Program-made: the position numbers and the translations under genes | Shown: positions 36,163 through 45,604 of the stretch, one piece after another | Position numbering within the stretch: position 1 is the stretch's first letter | Layout: every line of letters starts with the position of its first letter | Notes under the pieces: generated by a model | Databases searched by the model: none | Told to the model about the DNA's origin: nothing | Seen by the model: only the letters and a program-made list of their open reading frames with translations | Source of the DNA: a bacterium | Lineage (GTDB): Bacteria; Patescibacteriota; Patescibacteriia; UBA9934 | DNA length: 45,732 bases | NCBI GenBank assembly: GCA_020053275.1 | Contig: JAGVNL010000017.1 | Coordinates: 1-45,732, forward strand | Direction: 5' to 3'

Positions 36163-36648
36163 TTATCTAGAGACAGTGATAACTGCAGCCGATTCTGGCA
36201 CACAAGCCGCCACCGTCAAAGTTCCGCTAGTGTTTCGAGTAATAGAATACAAAGTTTCAGCAGCCGTTCCAGTACTTGGATCAGCAGGTACTGCACCAAG
36301 GTATCCAGCTGTTGCCAAACCAGTTAGGTCAGCACATGCAGCTTGCGTTACGCCAGTGCAGCCAGTCTCACAACCAGTAGCTGCAGTACCGATCTGGTAT
36401 GCCGTGTCTACTGTCAAACCAGAAACTGCTGTCAAATAAGTACCCCCGTTATCAACTTGATGTGTCTTTAAGGCCGACAAAATTGCTACTACATCACTTG
36501 AACGGCGAGCATTACGAGAATCTGCAAAGCGCTTAGCTGGGTTAAGAGCTACAAAAACTGCGGCAGCCAACACGATAATGATCGCGATGACAATCAACAG
36601 TTCCATAAGAGTAAAACCTCGTGGCATGATACGCTTTTGCATTGACAT
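36163..36648 (-). CDS. Type IV major pilin (prepilin N-terminal cleavage/methylation domain)
   Basis: PRG|FTLMELLIVIAII with Glu at +5. Four Cys in the C-terminal half. A promoter at 36687-95 excludes the track start at 36699. Confidence 0.8.
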   Translation of the reverse strand: MSMQKRIMPRGFTLMELLIVIAIIIVLAAAVFVALNPAKRFADSRNARRSSDVVAILSALKTHQVDNGGTYLTAVSGLTVDTAYQIGTAATGCETGCTGVTQAACADLTGLATAGYLGAVPADPSTGTAAETLYSITRNTSGTLTVAACVPESAAVITVSR

Positions 36649-36686
36649 AGGTGAATTATTAAACGCGCTAATTACGCTTTGCTCAT

Positions 36687-36695
36687 AGTATAGCA
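36687..36695 (-). promoter_or_regulatory. Extended -10 box TGCTATACT for the pilin gene
   Basis: The minus strand reads ggtgctatactatgag. Confidence 0.5.
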
Positions 36696-36742
36696 CCACC
36701 CCTTATAAGAAACAAAAAAATAAGGTAAACTATACACAAGAA

Positions 36743-36748
36743 TATAGT
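36743..36748 (+). promoter_or_regulatory. -10 box TATAGT, 6 nt upstream of the pilB ATG (leaderless-type)
   Basis: aatatagtatctttATG. Confidence 0.45.
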
Positions 36749-36754
36749 ATCTTT

Positions 36755-38023
36755 ATGAAAGCAAAATCAACAACACCAGCTAACCTACCAACCAAAGAAA
36801 ATATTGAGGCTTTGGTTACAAAAGCCACTGGCGCCAAAGCCAAAGAGGACGCCGTAATCGATGTCTTTGAGCAACTCATGATTTTCGCCCACAGTTCTCG
36901 TGCTTCCGATGTTCACCTTGAACCATGGAAAACTAACGCCCAAGTTCGTATTCGCGTTGACGGTATTCTGCATGATCAATTCGTCCTCGCCACAGAAGTC
37001 CATACTCGCGTCATCGCTCGTCTTAAAATCTTAACCAACCTCCGCACAGATGAACACCATGCCCCACAAGATGGTCGCTTTCAATTTATCAGCCCGCTCG
37101 GTAATGTCGATGTTCGTGTTTCGATTATCCCCACCGCTCTTGGTGAAAAAGCCGTTCTGCGCTTACTCTCCAGTCAATCACACAAGCTCACCCTAGAACA
37201 GTTAGGCTTTGCCGAAAACGACCTGGCTCGTGTACAACGGGCCATCCGCAAACCATGGGGCATGGTTCTAGCCACCGGTCCAACTGGCAGTGGTAAGACA
37301 ACTTCCATTTACGCAATTTTGGAAATCCTCAACCAACGCGAAGTCAACATTGCCACCATCGAAGACCCAGTAGAATTTGAAATCCCCGGCACCAACCAAA
37401 GTCAAGTCGACAATGTCGCCAAACTCACCTTCGCTACCGGCTTGCGTTCACTACTCCGCCAAGACCCAGACATCATCATGGTCGGCGAAATCCGTGATCA
37501 AGAAACAGCTAAAATCGCCGTCAACGCCGCCATGACTGGCCACAAACTGCTCTCAACACTCCACACCAACAACGCCGCTACCACCATTCCTCGCATGATC
37601 GACATGGGCGTCGAACCATTCCTCATCGCCTCCACTTTCATTTGCGCCATCGCCCAACGCCTCGTCCGTCGCGTTTGCAGCGACTGCGTTACCACAATCA
37701 CGCTAACCAAAGAAGAAGCAGAAAAATCCTTCGGTAAAGCCACCATCACAGAACTCTTCGCCGACGCCGCAACAATAGAAATCGCTAAACCAGGCCAGTG
37801 CGCTAAATGCGCGGAGAGTGGTTACCATGGTCGCATTGGTATTTACGAAATAATGGAAAATTCACCAACTATCCAACAAATGATCGTTAGCCGTGCTAGC
37901 AGTGAAGAAATCCAAAAGCAAGCCATTAAAGAAGGAATGACCACCGTCATGCAAGACGGCGCCCGAAAAGTTCTAGCCAAAATGACAACTATTGAAGAAC
38001 TCATCCGTGTGATGCAAGAATAG
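36755..38023 (+). CDS. pilB: Type IV pilus assembly ATPase (GspE/PilB family, short N-terminus)
   Basis: Walker A GPTGSGKTT, Asp box, Walker B IIMVGEIRD, and a C-terminal tetracysteine (CSDC...CAKC). Confidence 0.88.
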   Translation: MKAKSTTPANLPTKENIEALVTKATGAKAKEDAVIDVFEQLMIFAHSSRASDVHLEPWKTNAQVRIRVDGILHDQFVLATEVHTRVIARLKILTNLRTDEHHAPQDGRFQFISPLGNVDVRVSIIPTALGEKAVLRLLSSQSHKLTLEQLGFAENDLARVQRAIRKPWGMVLATGPTGSGKTTSIYAILEILNQREVNIATIEDPVEFEIPGTNQSQVDNVAKLTFATGLRSLLRQDPDIIMVGEIRDQETAKIAVNAAMTGHKLLSTLHTNNAATTIPRMIDMGVEPFLIASTFICAIAQRLVRRVCSDCVTTITLTKEEAEKSFGKATITELFADAATIEIAKPGQCAKCAESGYHGRIGIYEIMENSPTIQQMIVSRASSEEIQKQAIKEGMTTVMQDGARKVLAKMTTIEELIRVMQE

Positions 38024-38024
38024 T

Positions 38025-39119
38025 ATGACTGATTCGGTACCAGCTTCAGCAACTCATCGTAGCAGCCTTTGGGAACGGCTTACTATTCGTTTATCACACA
38101 CCGAACAATTACTGCTCACCAAATACCTCTCAGTTCTCCTGCGTTCCGGCTTACCAATCGACGATGCTCTCGACCTCTTAATGCAACAAGCGAAAGGTTC
38201 ATTAAAAAAAGTTCTCACCAATCTAAAAATTATCGTCACCAGCGGTAAAACCTTAGCTGACGGCCTCGAGCTATATCCCCAAATATTCTCCAGTGTTTAT
38301 GTCAATCTAATCCGGGCTGGCGAAGCATCAGGCCAGCTTCAACAAAACTTCGAGCAACTCTCAGTCCAAATGCAAAAAGAACACGAGCTCCGCCAAAAAA
38401 TTCAAGGCGCCATGATGTACCCGGCCATCGTGCTCATCAGCGCCCTCGGAGTTTCTGTCGGAATTATTGTCTTCGTTTTACCAAATATCACCAAACTCTT
38501 CGCCTCACTCAATGTTGAGCTACCAGTCACCACCAAAGCCCTATTGTGGATTTCTGTTGTCGTCAATGAACACGGCATACTCATTGCCTTAGGCGGAGTC
38601 TGTCTCGTAATCGGCTGGTTATTTGCTCGCACTTTAGCTCCTGTTAAACCAATCACCCACTGGATCACCTTACATTTTCCAGTCATCGGCACCATCGCCC
38701 GCAACACCAACCTTGCTCGTATTTCCCGTTTACTTGGCACCCTGCTCATAACTGGTATGCCAATCACCGCCGCCCTACCAGTAACAATTTCTGTTCTCAA
38801 TAATGTCTACTACCGCAAACTTTTCACGCGCGTCCAAGATGTCTTAGCTAAAGGCGGCACCATAGCAATGGCCCTTCAGCCTTCCCCTCGCTTAGTACCG
38901 CCGCTGGCCGTTCGTCTTATCCGTGTTGGTGAAGAAACCGGCACCTTGGGCGACATGCTACTCTACCTCGCCTCGTTCTACGAACAAGAAGTAGACGAGT
39001 CTACCAAAAATGCCGCCACCTTACTTGAACCACTCATGATAGTCATGATCGGCATTATGGTCGGTACCCTCGCCTTCTCAATTATTACCCCGATCTACAA
39101 AGTAATCGGTTCAATCTAA
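38025..39119 (+). CDS. pilC: Type IV pilus platform protein (GspF/PilC family)
   Basis: 364 aa with a duplicated GspF domain and 3 TM helices. Coupled to pilB with a 1-nt gap. Confidence 0.85.
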   Translation: MTDSVPASATHRSSLWERLTIRLSHTEQLLLTKYLSVLLRSGLPIDDALDLLMQQAKGSLKKVLTNLKIIVTSGKTLADGLELYPQIFSSVYVNLIRAGEASGQLQQNFEQLSVQMQKEHELRQKIQGAMMYPAIVLISALGVSVGIIVFVLPNITKLFASLNVELPVTTKALLWISVVVNEHGILIALGGVCLVIGWLFARTLAPVKPITHWITLHFPVIGTIARNTNLARISRLLGTLLITGMPITAALPVTISVLNNVYYRKLFTRVQDVLAKGGTIAMALQPSPRLVPPLAVRLIRVGEETGTLGDMLLYLASFYEQEVDESTKNAATLLEPLMIVMIGIMVGTLAFSIITPIYKVIGSI

Positions 39120-39122
39120 CAC

Positions 39123-39617
39123 ATGACCTTTCCCCGCGGCTCAACATTTATTGAACTCATCATGGTCGTGGCCTTACTCCTCGTCATTTTTAGCTTTGGC
39201 GGCATTACTTTATCTCGCTTTCAACGCTCCACCGCCTACATTGCCGGCGATCGCGAAGTTATCAATGTCATCTCCATGGCCGCCCGGCGAGCCCGCAATG
39301 GCACTGCTGGCACCCCCTGGGGCGTCTACTTTAAATACGACGACACTACTCGTACTGCCATCAACCTAACCGTTTTCTCTGGCAACAGTTACGCCACCCG
39401 CATCACTAATCGCGATTTAACCTTCGATGTCAGTAATAAAATAACCTTCACCAGCGTCGACTTCAGCGGAAGTGGTGTTGATGTCATAAGTAGTCATGAA
39501 ATAATTTTCGCTCCACTAACTGGCACTACCACAAATTATGGCTCAATAGTTCTTTCTTGGTACGACGCCACGCGCACGCTAATCATCAACAGCAACGGCC
39601 TCCCAGTCCGCCAATAA
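39123..39617 (+). CDS. Minor pilin / pseudopilin
   Basis: PRG|STFIELIMVVALL with Glu at +5. Confidence 0.7.
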   Translation: MTFPRGSTFIELIMVVALLLVIFSFGGITLSRFQRSTAYIAGDREVINVISMAARRARNGTAGTPWGVYFKYDDTTRTAINLTVFSGNSYATRITNRDLTFDVSNKITFTSVDFSGSGVDVISSHEIIFAPLTGTTTNYGSIVLSWYDATRTLIINSNGLPVRQ

Positions 39618-39618
39618 T

Positions 39619-40482
39619 ATGCGCTATCCACAAGGAACAATCATGCTAGAAGCCTTAATCGCCATTGCCGTTGGTACCATGTATGTCATGGGCATTCTTG
39701 GGTTTACCATGTCGGCCAACCAATCGAGCGATCGCTCCAATGAAACAACCAGAGCAATATGGCACCTGAATGAAGGCCTAGAAGCTCTCCAAACAATCTC
39801 ATTTGAAGAACTCACCGCTACCAACCTAGGCTCATTAACATTTCAAAACGGCCAGTGGCTACTCGCCAACACTGCCCCACAAACACTCATGGACGGTATG
39901 ACGCGTACCGTAAAAGTACAAACTGTAAACCGCGACCCATCATGCGTCATCGTAAGTTCCGGCGGTTTAGCCGACGAAGACAGCAAGACCCTAGTCAGTG
40001 AAGTATCGTGGATTGACTCTAGCAACCGCAACCATACTCTTGCTTCGTCTACCCTCCGCACACATTGGGAGAAACCAACTGGCACCTGCTTCTCAGCCAG
40101 CATGGTAAATCAAATTTCGTTTAACATTAGTGGTGCAGTTTACTCAGGTGGTAAGCAACTCCGTCAGGTTTATTTCACTAATAACGGGTCATCACTTGTC
40201 ACCATTGATAAAATCTCAATGACCTGGAACAACAATGCAGAGTTCAGTCAATTGTTCATGAATACTTCCAAGGTTTGGTCAGAAAGTGGTCCGGGGACTC
40301 CGACTCATGATATTCACTCTGGAGAAATTATGGATATTCAAAACTACACGCTTTCCCCTAACTCCACCACTGAACTCAACAAAGGACAGTTCGAATCCAA
40401 CATGACTGGTACCACACTCACTATGACAGTCACCTTCACCGACGGTTCATCGTGGACTTCGCCTGCCTTCAACCCACTTTAA
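39619..40482 (+). CDS. Large minor pilin-like protein (287 aa)
   Basis: PQG|TIMLEALIAIAV with Glu at +5, and a long Asn/Ser/Thr-rich C-terminal domain. Confidence 0.6.
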   Translation: MRYPQGTIMLEALIAIAVGTMYVMGILGFTMSANQSSDRSNETTRAIWHLNEGLEALQTISFEELTATNLGSLTFQNGQWLLANTAPQTLMDGMTRTVKVQTVNRDPSCVIVSSGGLADEDSKTLVSEVSWIDSSNRNHTLASSTLRTHWEKPTGTCFSASMVNQISFNISGAVYSGGKQLRQVYFTNNGSSLVTIDKISMTWNNNAEFSQLFMNTSKVWSESGPGTPTHDIHSGEIMDIQNYTLSPNSTTELNKGQFESNMTGTTLTMTVTFTDGSSWTSPAFNPL

Positions 40483-40483
40483 T

Positions 40484-41047
40484 ATGGTAGTAAAATTCCC
40501 TCGTGGCGTATCATTTCTAGAAACAGTACTTTACATCGCCTTGCTAGCAATTATTTTGCCAGCCATGGTCGTCTTTCTTTTACAAATTGAAATCGAACAT
40601 GTCACCTTCGACGCCAGAACTCGCATGGAACAAACCGCCGCCCTCTCATTCTCAGAACTCCAAACCACGCTCACTGCCGCTAAGGCAATCACTACTAGCA
40701 CCTCAACACTCGGCGTCAATCCAAGCGTCCTGCGTTTTCAAGATGCCTCGGGCACAACCATCACCATCGACTGCCCATCAGTCAGCGTCACCCTCCCAGG
40801 CGGCACGCAAAGCGTACGGCGACTTCGCATACAAACTGGTAACTCTCCTGCCGTCTATCTCACTGACAGTGACATTGATGTCAGCAACTGGCAAGTCACA
40901 GCCGTAAATAATAGCAAAGGCCTCCTAACTGGCCTGCGCTTTAATGTTAGCCTTATTATGTTAGGTGTTACTCAAGGTGTTTACCGCGGAGCAAATTTCA
41001 CCAGCGACACCACCATCAGCCTGTCGCCTCACACCATAGCCAACTAA
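40484..41047 (+). CDS. Minor pilin / pseudopilin
   Basis: PRG|VSFLETVLYIALL with Glu at +5. Confidence 0.65.
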   Translation: MVVKFPRGVSFLETVLYIALLAIILPAMVVFLLQIEIEHVTFDARTRMEQTAALSFSELQTTLTAAKAITTSTSTLGVNPSVLRFQDASGTTITIDCPSVSVTLPGGTQSVRRLRIQTGNSPAVYLTDSDIDVSNWQVTAVNNSKGLLTGLRFNVSLIMLGVTQGVYRGANFTSDTTISLSPHTIAN

Positions 41048-41048
41048 T

Positions 41049-41435
41049 ATGCTAAAACGACTGCCCAAAAAAAATGGCATGGCACTCCTTCTAATAGTTT
41101 TAGTTATCGGTACCGTCAGCCTAGGCGCTTTGTCTGCCCTAGCCATTAATAGCCTTAATGGTTTTCTTGACGCCAAAGACTTTCACACTGCCATCAGCGT
41201 TCGGGCTAAAGTAATGGGCTGCCTCGACGAAGCTCTCATTCACCTCCAAAAAGATAACGCCTACGCCCCAAACAGCGTAATTAGCAGTAATGCCACCTGT
41301 ACCCTAGCAATTACCACCCCAAACAATGGCCAACGCCTCATAATAACCTCATTAGTCGACCAAAACATCACCCGTAGTGTCCACGCCACCGTCACCCTCA
41401 CCCCCTTCGCCGTAACCCAAGTAACCGAGCCATAA
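41049..41435 (+). CDS. Minor pilin-like protein lacking Glu+5 (GspK/PilX-like layout)
   Basis: KKNG|MALLLIVLVIGTV hydrophobic N-terminus. Last gene of the pilus operon. Confidence 0.55.
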   Translation: MLKRLPKKNGMALLLIVLVIGTVSLGALSALAINSLNGFLDAKDFHTAISVRAKVMGCLDEALIHLQKDNAYAPNSVISSNATCTLAITTPNNGQRLIITSLVDQNITRSVHATVTLTPFAVTQVTEP

Positions 41436-41623
41436 ACTAGAGTTTTTCCCAAGCCAAAGCTCAACTTTGGCCGCAAACCACCAGCCGAACTCAGCTCGGT
41501 TGACTTTTGCCTGTAAAACTGGCACTCTTTTGGCACTTAATCACGAGGTGGTCACCTAATCAATACCAAGAACTTTCAAGGGGAATTCTGGCAAGATAGG
41601 AATCCACTATAAAAATACTCGTT

Positions 41624-42049
41624 ATGGCCAAGGCTATCAAAGCAGTCATCAAAGTCCAAGCCCCAGGTGGCGCGGCAACCGCAGCACCTCCATTAGGTCC
41701 AGTACTCGGTCAGCAAGGTGTCAACATCCAGCAGTTCATCCAACAGTTTAACGCCGCCACTCAGGACCGTCGTGGTGAAACTGTTCCAGTAATTTTGACC
41801 ATCTACGACGACCGCAGCTTTGAGTTCATCTTAAAAACTGCTCCAGCTTCGGACATGATCAAAAAGGCACTCAACATCGAGCGCGGTAGCGGCAAGCCTA
41901 ACACAGAAAAGAAAGGCAAGCTCACCAAAGCACAGTTGATGGACATTGCTACCCGCAAACTCCCCGACCTCAACACCAAAGACATCCAGGCCGCTATGCG
42001 CATCATTGCTGGTACTTGCCGCCAAATGGGCGTCGATGTCGAGCTCTAA
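41624..42049 (+). CDS. rplK: 50S ribosomal protein L11
   Basis: KVQAPGGAATAAPPLGPVLGQQGVNI. Confidence 0.95.
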   Translation: MAKAIKAVIKVQAPGGAATAAPPLGPVLGQQGVNIQQFIQQFNAATQDRRGETVPVILTIYDDRSFEFILKTAPASDMIKKALNIERGSGKPNTEKKGKLTKAQLMDIATRKLPDLNTKDIQAAMRIIAGTCRQMGVDVEL

Positions 42050-42101
42050 ACTAAAAATTAATTCGTGGGAGGCTTCACAGCCACCTGAACCACAAAAATA
42101 T

Positions 42102-42788
42102 ATGACCAGCAAACGATTCAAAGGAGTAGCCGCCAATATAGACAAAAATCTCTCGTTTACCGTCGAGCAAGGTGTCGCCCTAGTAAAAACCAATGCCACC
42201 GCCAAGTTCGACGAAACTATCGAGTTGCACTTCGCCCTCGGCATCGACCCAAAGCAAGGTGACCAACAAATCCGCGCCACCGTCGTTCTGCCAGGTGGCA
42301 GCGGCAAAACCAAGCGCGTCATTGCCTTCGTCGACGCCAACAACGAAGCTGCCGCCAAGGCCGCTGGTGCCGACCTCATTGGTACCGAAGAAACAATCGA
42401 AGAGATTGCCCGCACTGGTAAAATCGACTTCGATGTCGCCGTGGCCGTCCCAGCCATGATGCCTAAATTGGCCAAGGCCGCCAAAATCCTCGGCCCTCGC
42501 GGTTTAATGCCAAACCCAAAAACAGATACTGTCGGTCCAAACATCGCAAAAATTATCGAAGAGCAAAAAGGCGGTAAGATTGCTTTCAAGAACGACAACA
42601 CCAGCAATGTTCACCTAATCGTCGGCAAAGCTTCCTTCGATCTCGAAAAGTTGACCGCCAATGTCAACGCCGTCCTCGAAGCTATCAAAAAGGCCAAGCC
42701 AAGCAGCAGCAAAGGTATCTTCATTAAGTCGGCCACCCTCACCTCCACCATGGGCCCAGCCGTCCACCTCAATGTCGCCGGCCTGTAA
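42102..42788 (+). CDS. rplA: 50S ribosomal protein L1
   Basis: The ATG at 42102 gives MTSKRFKGVA...FDETIELHFALGIDP. The track start at 41946 overlaps rplK in another frame. Confidence 0.93.
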   Translation: MTSKRFKGVAANIDKNLSFTVEQGVALVKTNATAKFDETIELHFALGIDPKQGDQQIRATVVLPGGSGKTKRVIAFVDANNEAAAKAAGADLIGTEETIEEIARTGKIDFDVAVAVPAMMPKLAKAAKILGPRGLMPNPKTDTVGPNIAKIIEEQKGGKIAFKNDNTSNVHLIVGKASFDLEKLTANVNAVLEAIKKAKPSSSKGIFIKSATLTSTMGPAVHLNVAGL

Positions 42789-42800
42789 TCTACCGAGCAA

Positions 42801-42845
42801 AAAAACAACACCAGGTGTTTTCAAACACCTGGTGTTGTTTTTTTA
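42801..42845. terminator. Bidirectional terminator between rplA and the FemAB-like gene
   Basis: aaaaaacaacaccaggtgttt-tcaa-aacacctggtgttgttttttt. Confidence 0.75.
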
Positions 42846-43808
42846 ACCCCTCTTCATCAGCTTAATCATCTTCTGCACCAACTTACTCCCCCTATACAAC
42901 GAGTACACAATCATATTCGTCGGCACATCGAATGTCCCAGGTGCCACCACAATCTCACCACCAAAGCCTAATTTGAACTGAGTAATCCCCGCCCAAGAAT
43001 GTTTCTTACTTGCCCCAACCGGTGCCACTCCCCAAAAATCATAACTCGTCATCCCAGCATCAATCGCCTCGTCGATGAGATACTGGTGCAAGGCATAAGG
43101 CGCCATCACATTGCGGTGCAAGTTGCTCGACGCCCCATGTAAATAAGTTCGCTGACCATTAAAATCAATCGTCACATTCGCCGCCAAGGGCCGCCCGTCA
43201 TAATCTGCAAAAGCTAAACTAGCCACCGCCTCCCCACCTTTCATGACTTCCAACATCCTGGCGTAATACAGCAACGGATGTAACGAAAACCTATCTCGTA
43301 CCGCCGTCTGTTCCAAAAGTCTATCCAAGTCCTCAATCACCGGTTCTGCAGTTGCACGCACTGTCACGCCTTTCTTATCTGCTAACCGAATATTATAACG
43401 AGTCTTCGGCTTCATCCCAGCCGCAATCGCTTCCTTGCCCACCGTCAAATCCAAAATAGAAGTCACGCTCGGCTGAACATCCTTCACCTTCCAAGTCTTC
43501 TTTGGCGCCAACTCTGGTTCGACTCGCACAAAACTACCAACCGGCAATCGTTCCGCCAGTTCTCGTATCATCGCTGGCATCGGCATATTTCCAAGCGGCC
43601 CCTTACTCACCTGCCAATAACTTTGACCTAGCGGCAAATCAAGCAACACCGCCTGCGCCAACATCACGCCGCGACTATCCTCAACTAATATCCTCTCAAC
43701 CCGTCTACCAATCGACGCCTGAAACTCACCCCACTCAAACGACTGCAAAAAAGCTCCCGATCTGGGCGCAAACTCTTTGACTCGCTTGTTCCAATTTAAT
43801 CTGTCCAT
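42843..43808 (-). CDS. FemAB-family peptidoglycan interpeptide-bridge peptidyltransferase
   Basis: 321 aa. FLQSFEWGEFQ N-terminus and a GNAT-like duplicated fold pattern typical of FemX/FemAB. Confidence 0.75.
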   Translation of the reverse strand: MDRLNWNKRVKEFAPRSGAFLQSFEWGEFQASIGRRVERILVEDSRGVMLAQAVLLDLPLGQSYWQVSKGPLGNMPMPAMIRELAERLPVGSFVRVEPELAPKKTWKVKDVQPSVTSILDLTVGKEAIAAGMKPKTRYNIRLADKKGVTVRATAEPVIEDLDRLLEQTAVRDRFSLHPLLYYARMLEVMKGGEAVASLAFADYDGRPLAANVTIDFNGQRTYLHGASSNLHRNVMAPYALHQYLIDEAIDAGMTSYDFWGVAPVGASKKHSWAGITQFKLGFGGEIVVAPGTFDVPTNMIVYSLYRGSKLVQKMIKLMKRG

Positions 43809-43810
43809 AA

Positions 43811-44362
43811 TTATCGAGTTCGTCCTAAAAGTTGTAAGGCCATCTTCATCCTCTCCTCCATCTTCTCACCAGTAATCTTGGGCAGTATCGCCACCACTAC
43901 CGGCCGCTGATAACCCAAACTCAGCAACGCCTCCAACAAATCATTTTCCCCCGTCGTCATATTTTCTTCACTATCAACCAACACTCCCTTCAATTCTAAA
44001 ATAATCTTCTGCGCCGTTTTTTTGCCGACGCCAGAAATGCTAGTTAAAAATCCTAAATCACCAGCCTGTATATTACTTCGCAGCGCCGCCTCACTACCAG
44101 CAGCTAAAATCTTCTGCGCCATCTTAGGCCCTACACCGTCAATCCCAATCAAGCGGTAAAAAAATGCTAACTCATCCCGTGTTCTAAAGCCATACAAATC
44201 ATACTTATCCTCTCTTATTACTTCGGCGATATACAATCTCACATTCTCATCAACCTCCCCTAAACTCCTTCCCGACGCCACCCTATAACCAACTCCATGA
44301 ACATTTAGCACCACGCCTTCCGGCTCAACTATCGCAATAATTCCTTCTAAAAAAGCAATCAT
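43811..44362 (-). CDS. ruvA: Holliday junction helicase subunit RuvA
   Basis: MIAFLEGII...VHGVGYRV OB domain and two HhH motifs (IDGVGPKMAQKIL, ISGVGKKTAQKI). Confidence 0.9.
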   Translation of the reverse strand: MIAFLEGIIAIVEPEGVVLNVHGVGYRVASGRSLGEVDENVRLYIAEVIREDKYDLYGFRTRDELAFFYRLIGIDGVGPKMAQKILAAGSEAALRSNIQAGDLGFLTSISGVGKKTAQKIILELKGVLVDSEENMTTGENDLLEALLSLGYQRPVVVAILPKITGEKMEERMKMALQLLGRTR

Positions 44363-45570
44363 ACCGCTGCGTTATAACTCGCTAAAATCTCCCTCGCCAA
44401 CTCAATCCTCCGTGCCAACTCCGCCGAATGTTCACCAACTTCAAGACGATGACTCTTATCCTTAATCGCCAGCCAGACTTGTTCCATCAACACTCCTCGC
44501 TCTGGCCCAAACGGTGTCTGCAATAACTTAAACACCGCCTCACCACTTATTCCAGCCTTATCGAGCGCATCTTTATATACTTGCTTCTTCACACTTTCTA
44601 ACTTCCGCACCCTCTCTTCATGTCGCTTTGGCAACACCTCCCGTTCAGCCCGTAAAATATTTATTATCAATTTTGTTTGCGCAGTCATCTTACCACCATC
44701 TAAAACAACACAACCAACAATCGCATCAAGATACGCCACCGCCAACATCAAGTCTAAGAAGACATCTACATTTAATCCAGCCTTACCAGCTCGCGCCGTC
44801 ATCAGCTCGTACTTTTTGACATCCGGCTGTTCACTAAACGAATCAATCACCTCAATATGATAACGAATGAGTTCAGTTAACAACTTAGCGTTTGCTAGCG
44901 GGACACCATTCGCCGCCAAAATTTCCTGCCTATCAGCCGTAAAAGCAAGCGTTGCACCAACGCTCGCATGGTCTCGATAATGCGCCGTTATTTCATAGGC
45001 ATCATAAAATCCTGCCATGTTAGCAACAATATTCTGTCCATGGTGAGCAGCCTCATAAGCCCTATAAAGCTTATCGTAACGAATTCTTTCAGCGTCAGTA
45101 GCCGTACTCAGCAAATCTTTATTTCTTACAATAAACCCCTCAGCAGCTCCGCGTGATTTCTCTGGAGCATCAAACGCTAAAGTGGCAGGCTTAGCAGCGT
45201 CATGCGTCAACGCAAAGACAGTTAAAAAATCCCGATATTTATGAATGGTAGTTTCAAGCGCCGCAATCTCTAGCGCTAAATCCTTCTCACCTGCAAACTC
45301 CTCTATCTCCAGCAACGCACCATCGCTCATTACTCCCACCAAAATCCTTTCAATATGATCTGCCAAATGCGGCCCCTCACAATGCCACGGTCCACTCTGT
45401 GGAGTAATCCGCCAAGCCGTGAGCCCAGGCACCACTTCCTCCGCCCTCGCCATAATCGCCCGCACCTGCTCTCTCACCTCTCTCTTATCCAACGCCGAAA
45501 ACCAACTCAAAAATGACCGAACCTCAGCCTTCACCACTGGTCGATTGTTACCAAAATACTTATCGAACAT
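44359..45570 (-). CDS. Hypothetical HD-superfamily-like protein; overlaps the ruvA start by 4 nt
   Basis: WHCEGPHLADH, ALTHDAAKP and HYRDH resemble an H..HD..H metal-site pattern. The ATG at 45570 sits 6 nt after TGCTATACT. The track start at 45618 lies in the E1 repeat. Confidence 0.5.
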   Translation of the reverse strand: MFDKYFGNNRPVVKAEVRSFLSWFSALDKREVREQVRAIMARAEEVVPGLTAWRITPQSGPWHCEGPHLADHIERILVGVMSDGALLEIEEFAGEKDLALEIAALETTIHKYRDFLTVFALTHDAAKPATLAFDAPEKSRGAAEGFIVRNKDLLSTATDAERIRYDKLYRAYEAAHHGQNIVANMAGFYDAYEITAHYRDHASVGATLAFTADRQEILAANGVPLANAKLLTELIRYHIEVIDSFSEQPDVKKYELMTARAGKAGLNVDVFLDLMLAVAYLDAIVGCVVLDGGKMTAQTKLIINILRAEREVLPKRHEERVRKLESVKKQVYKDALDKAGISGEAVFKLLQTPFGPERGVLMEQVWLAIKDKSHRLEVGEHSAELARRIELAREILASYNAAV

Positions 45571-45576
45571 AACACC

Positions 45577-45585
45577 AGTATAGCA
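45577..45585 (-). promoter_or_regulatory. Extended -10 box TGCTATACT, 6 nt upstream of the ATG at 45570 (leaderless-type)
   Basis: The minus strand reads ctgctatact ggtgtt ATG. Confidence 0.5.
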
Positions 45586-45604
45586 GACAATAAACATTTC
45601 TAAC

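Noticed and set aside
41946-42101. The rplA track ORF has an N-terminal extension that overlaps rplK.
   Set aside because: The extension has no L1-like sequence and overlaps the L11 C-terminus in another frame. The canonical L1 N-terminus begins at the ATG at 42102.
41831-42607. A 258-aa minus-strand ORF lies opposite rplK and rplA.
   Set aside because: It is a shadow ORF antisense to two highly conserved ribosomal protein genes, and its composition (Ala/Ser/Leu/Pro-rich) is typical of an antisense frame.
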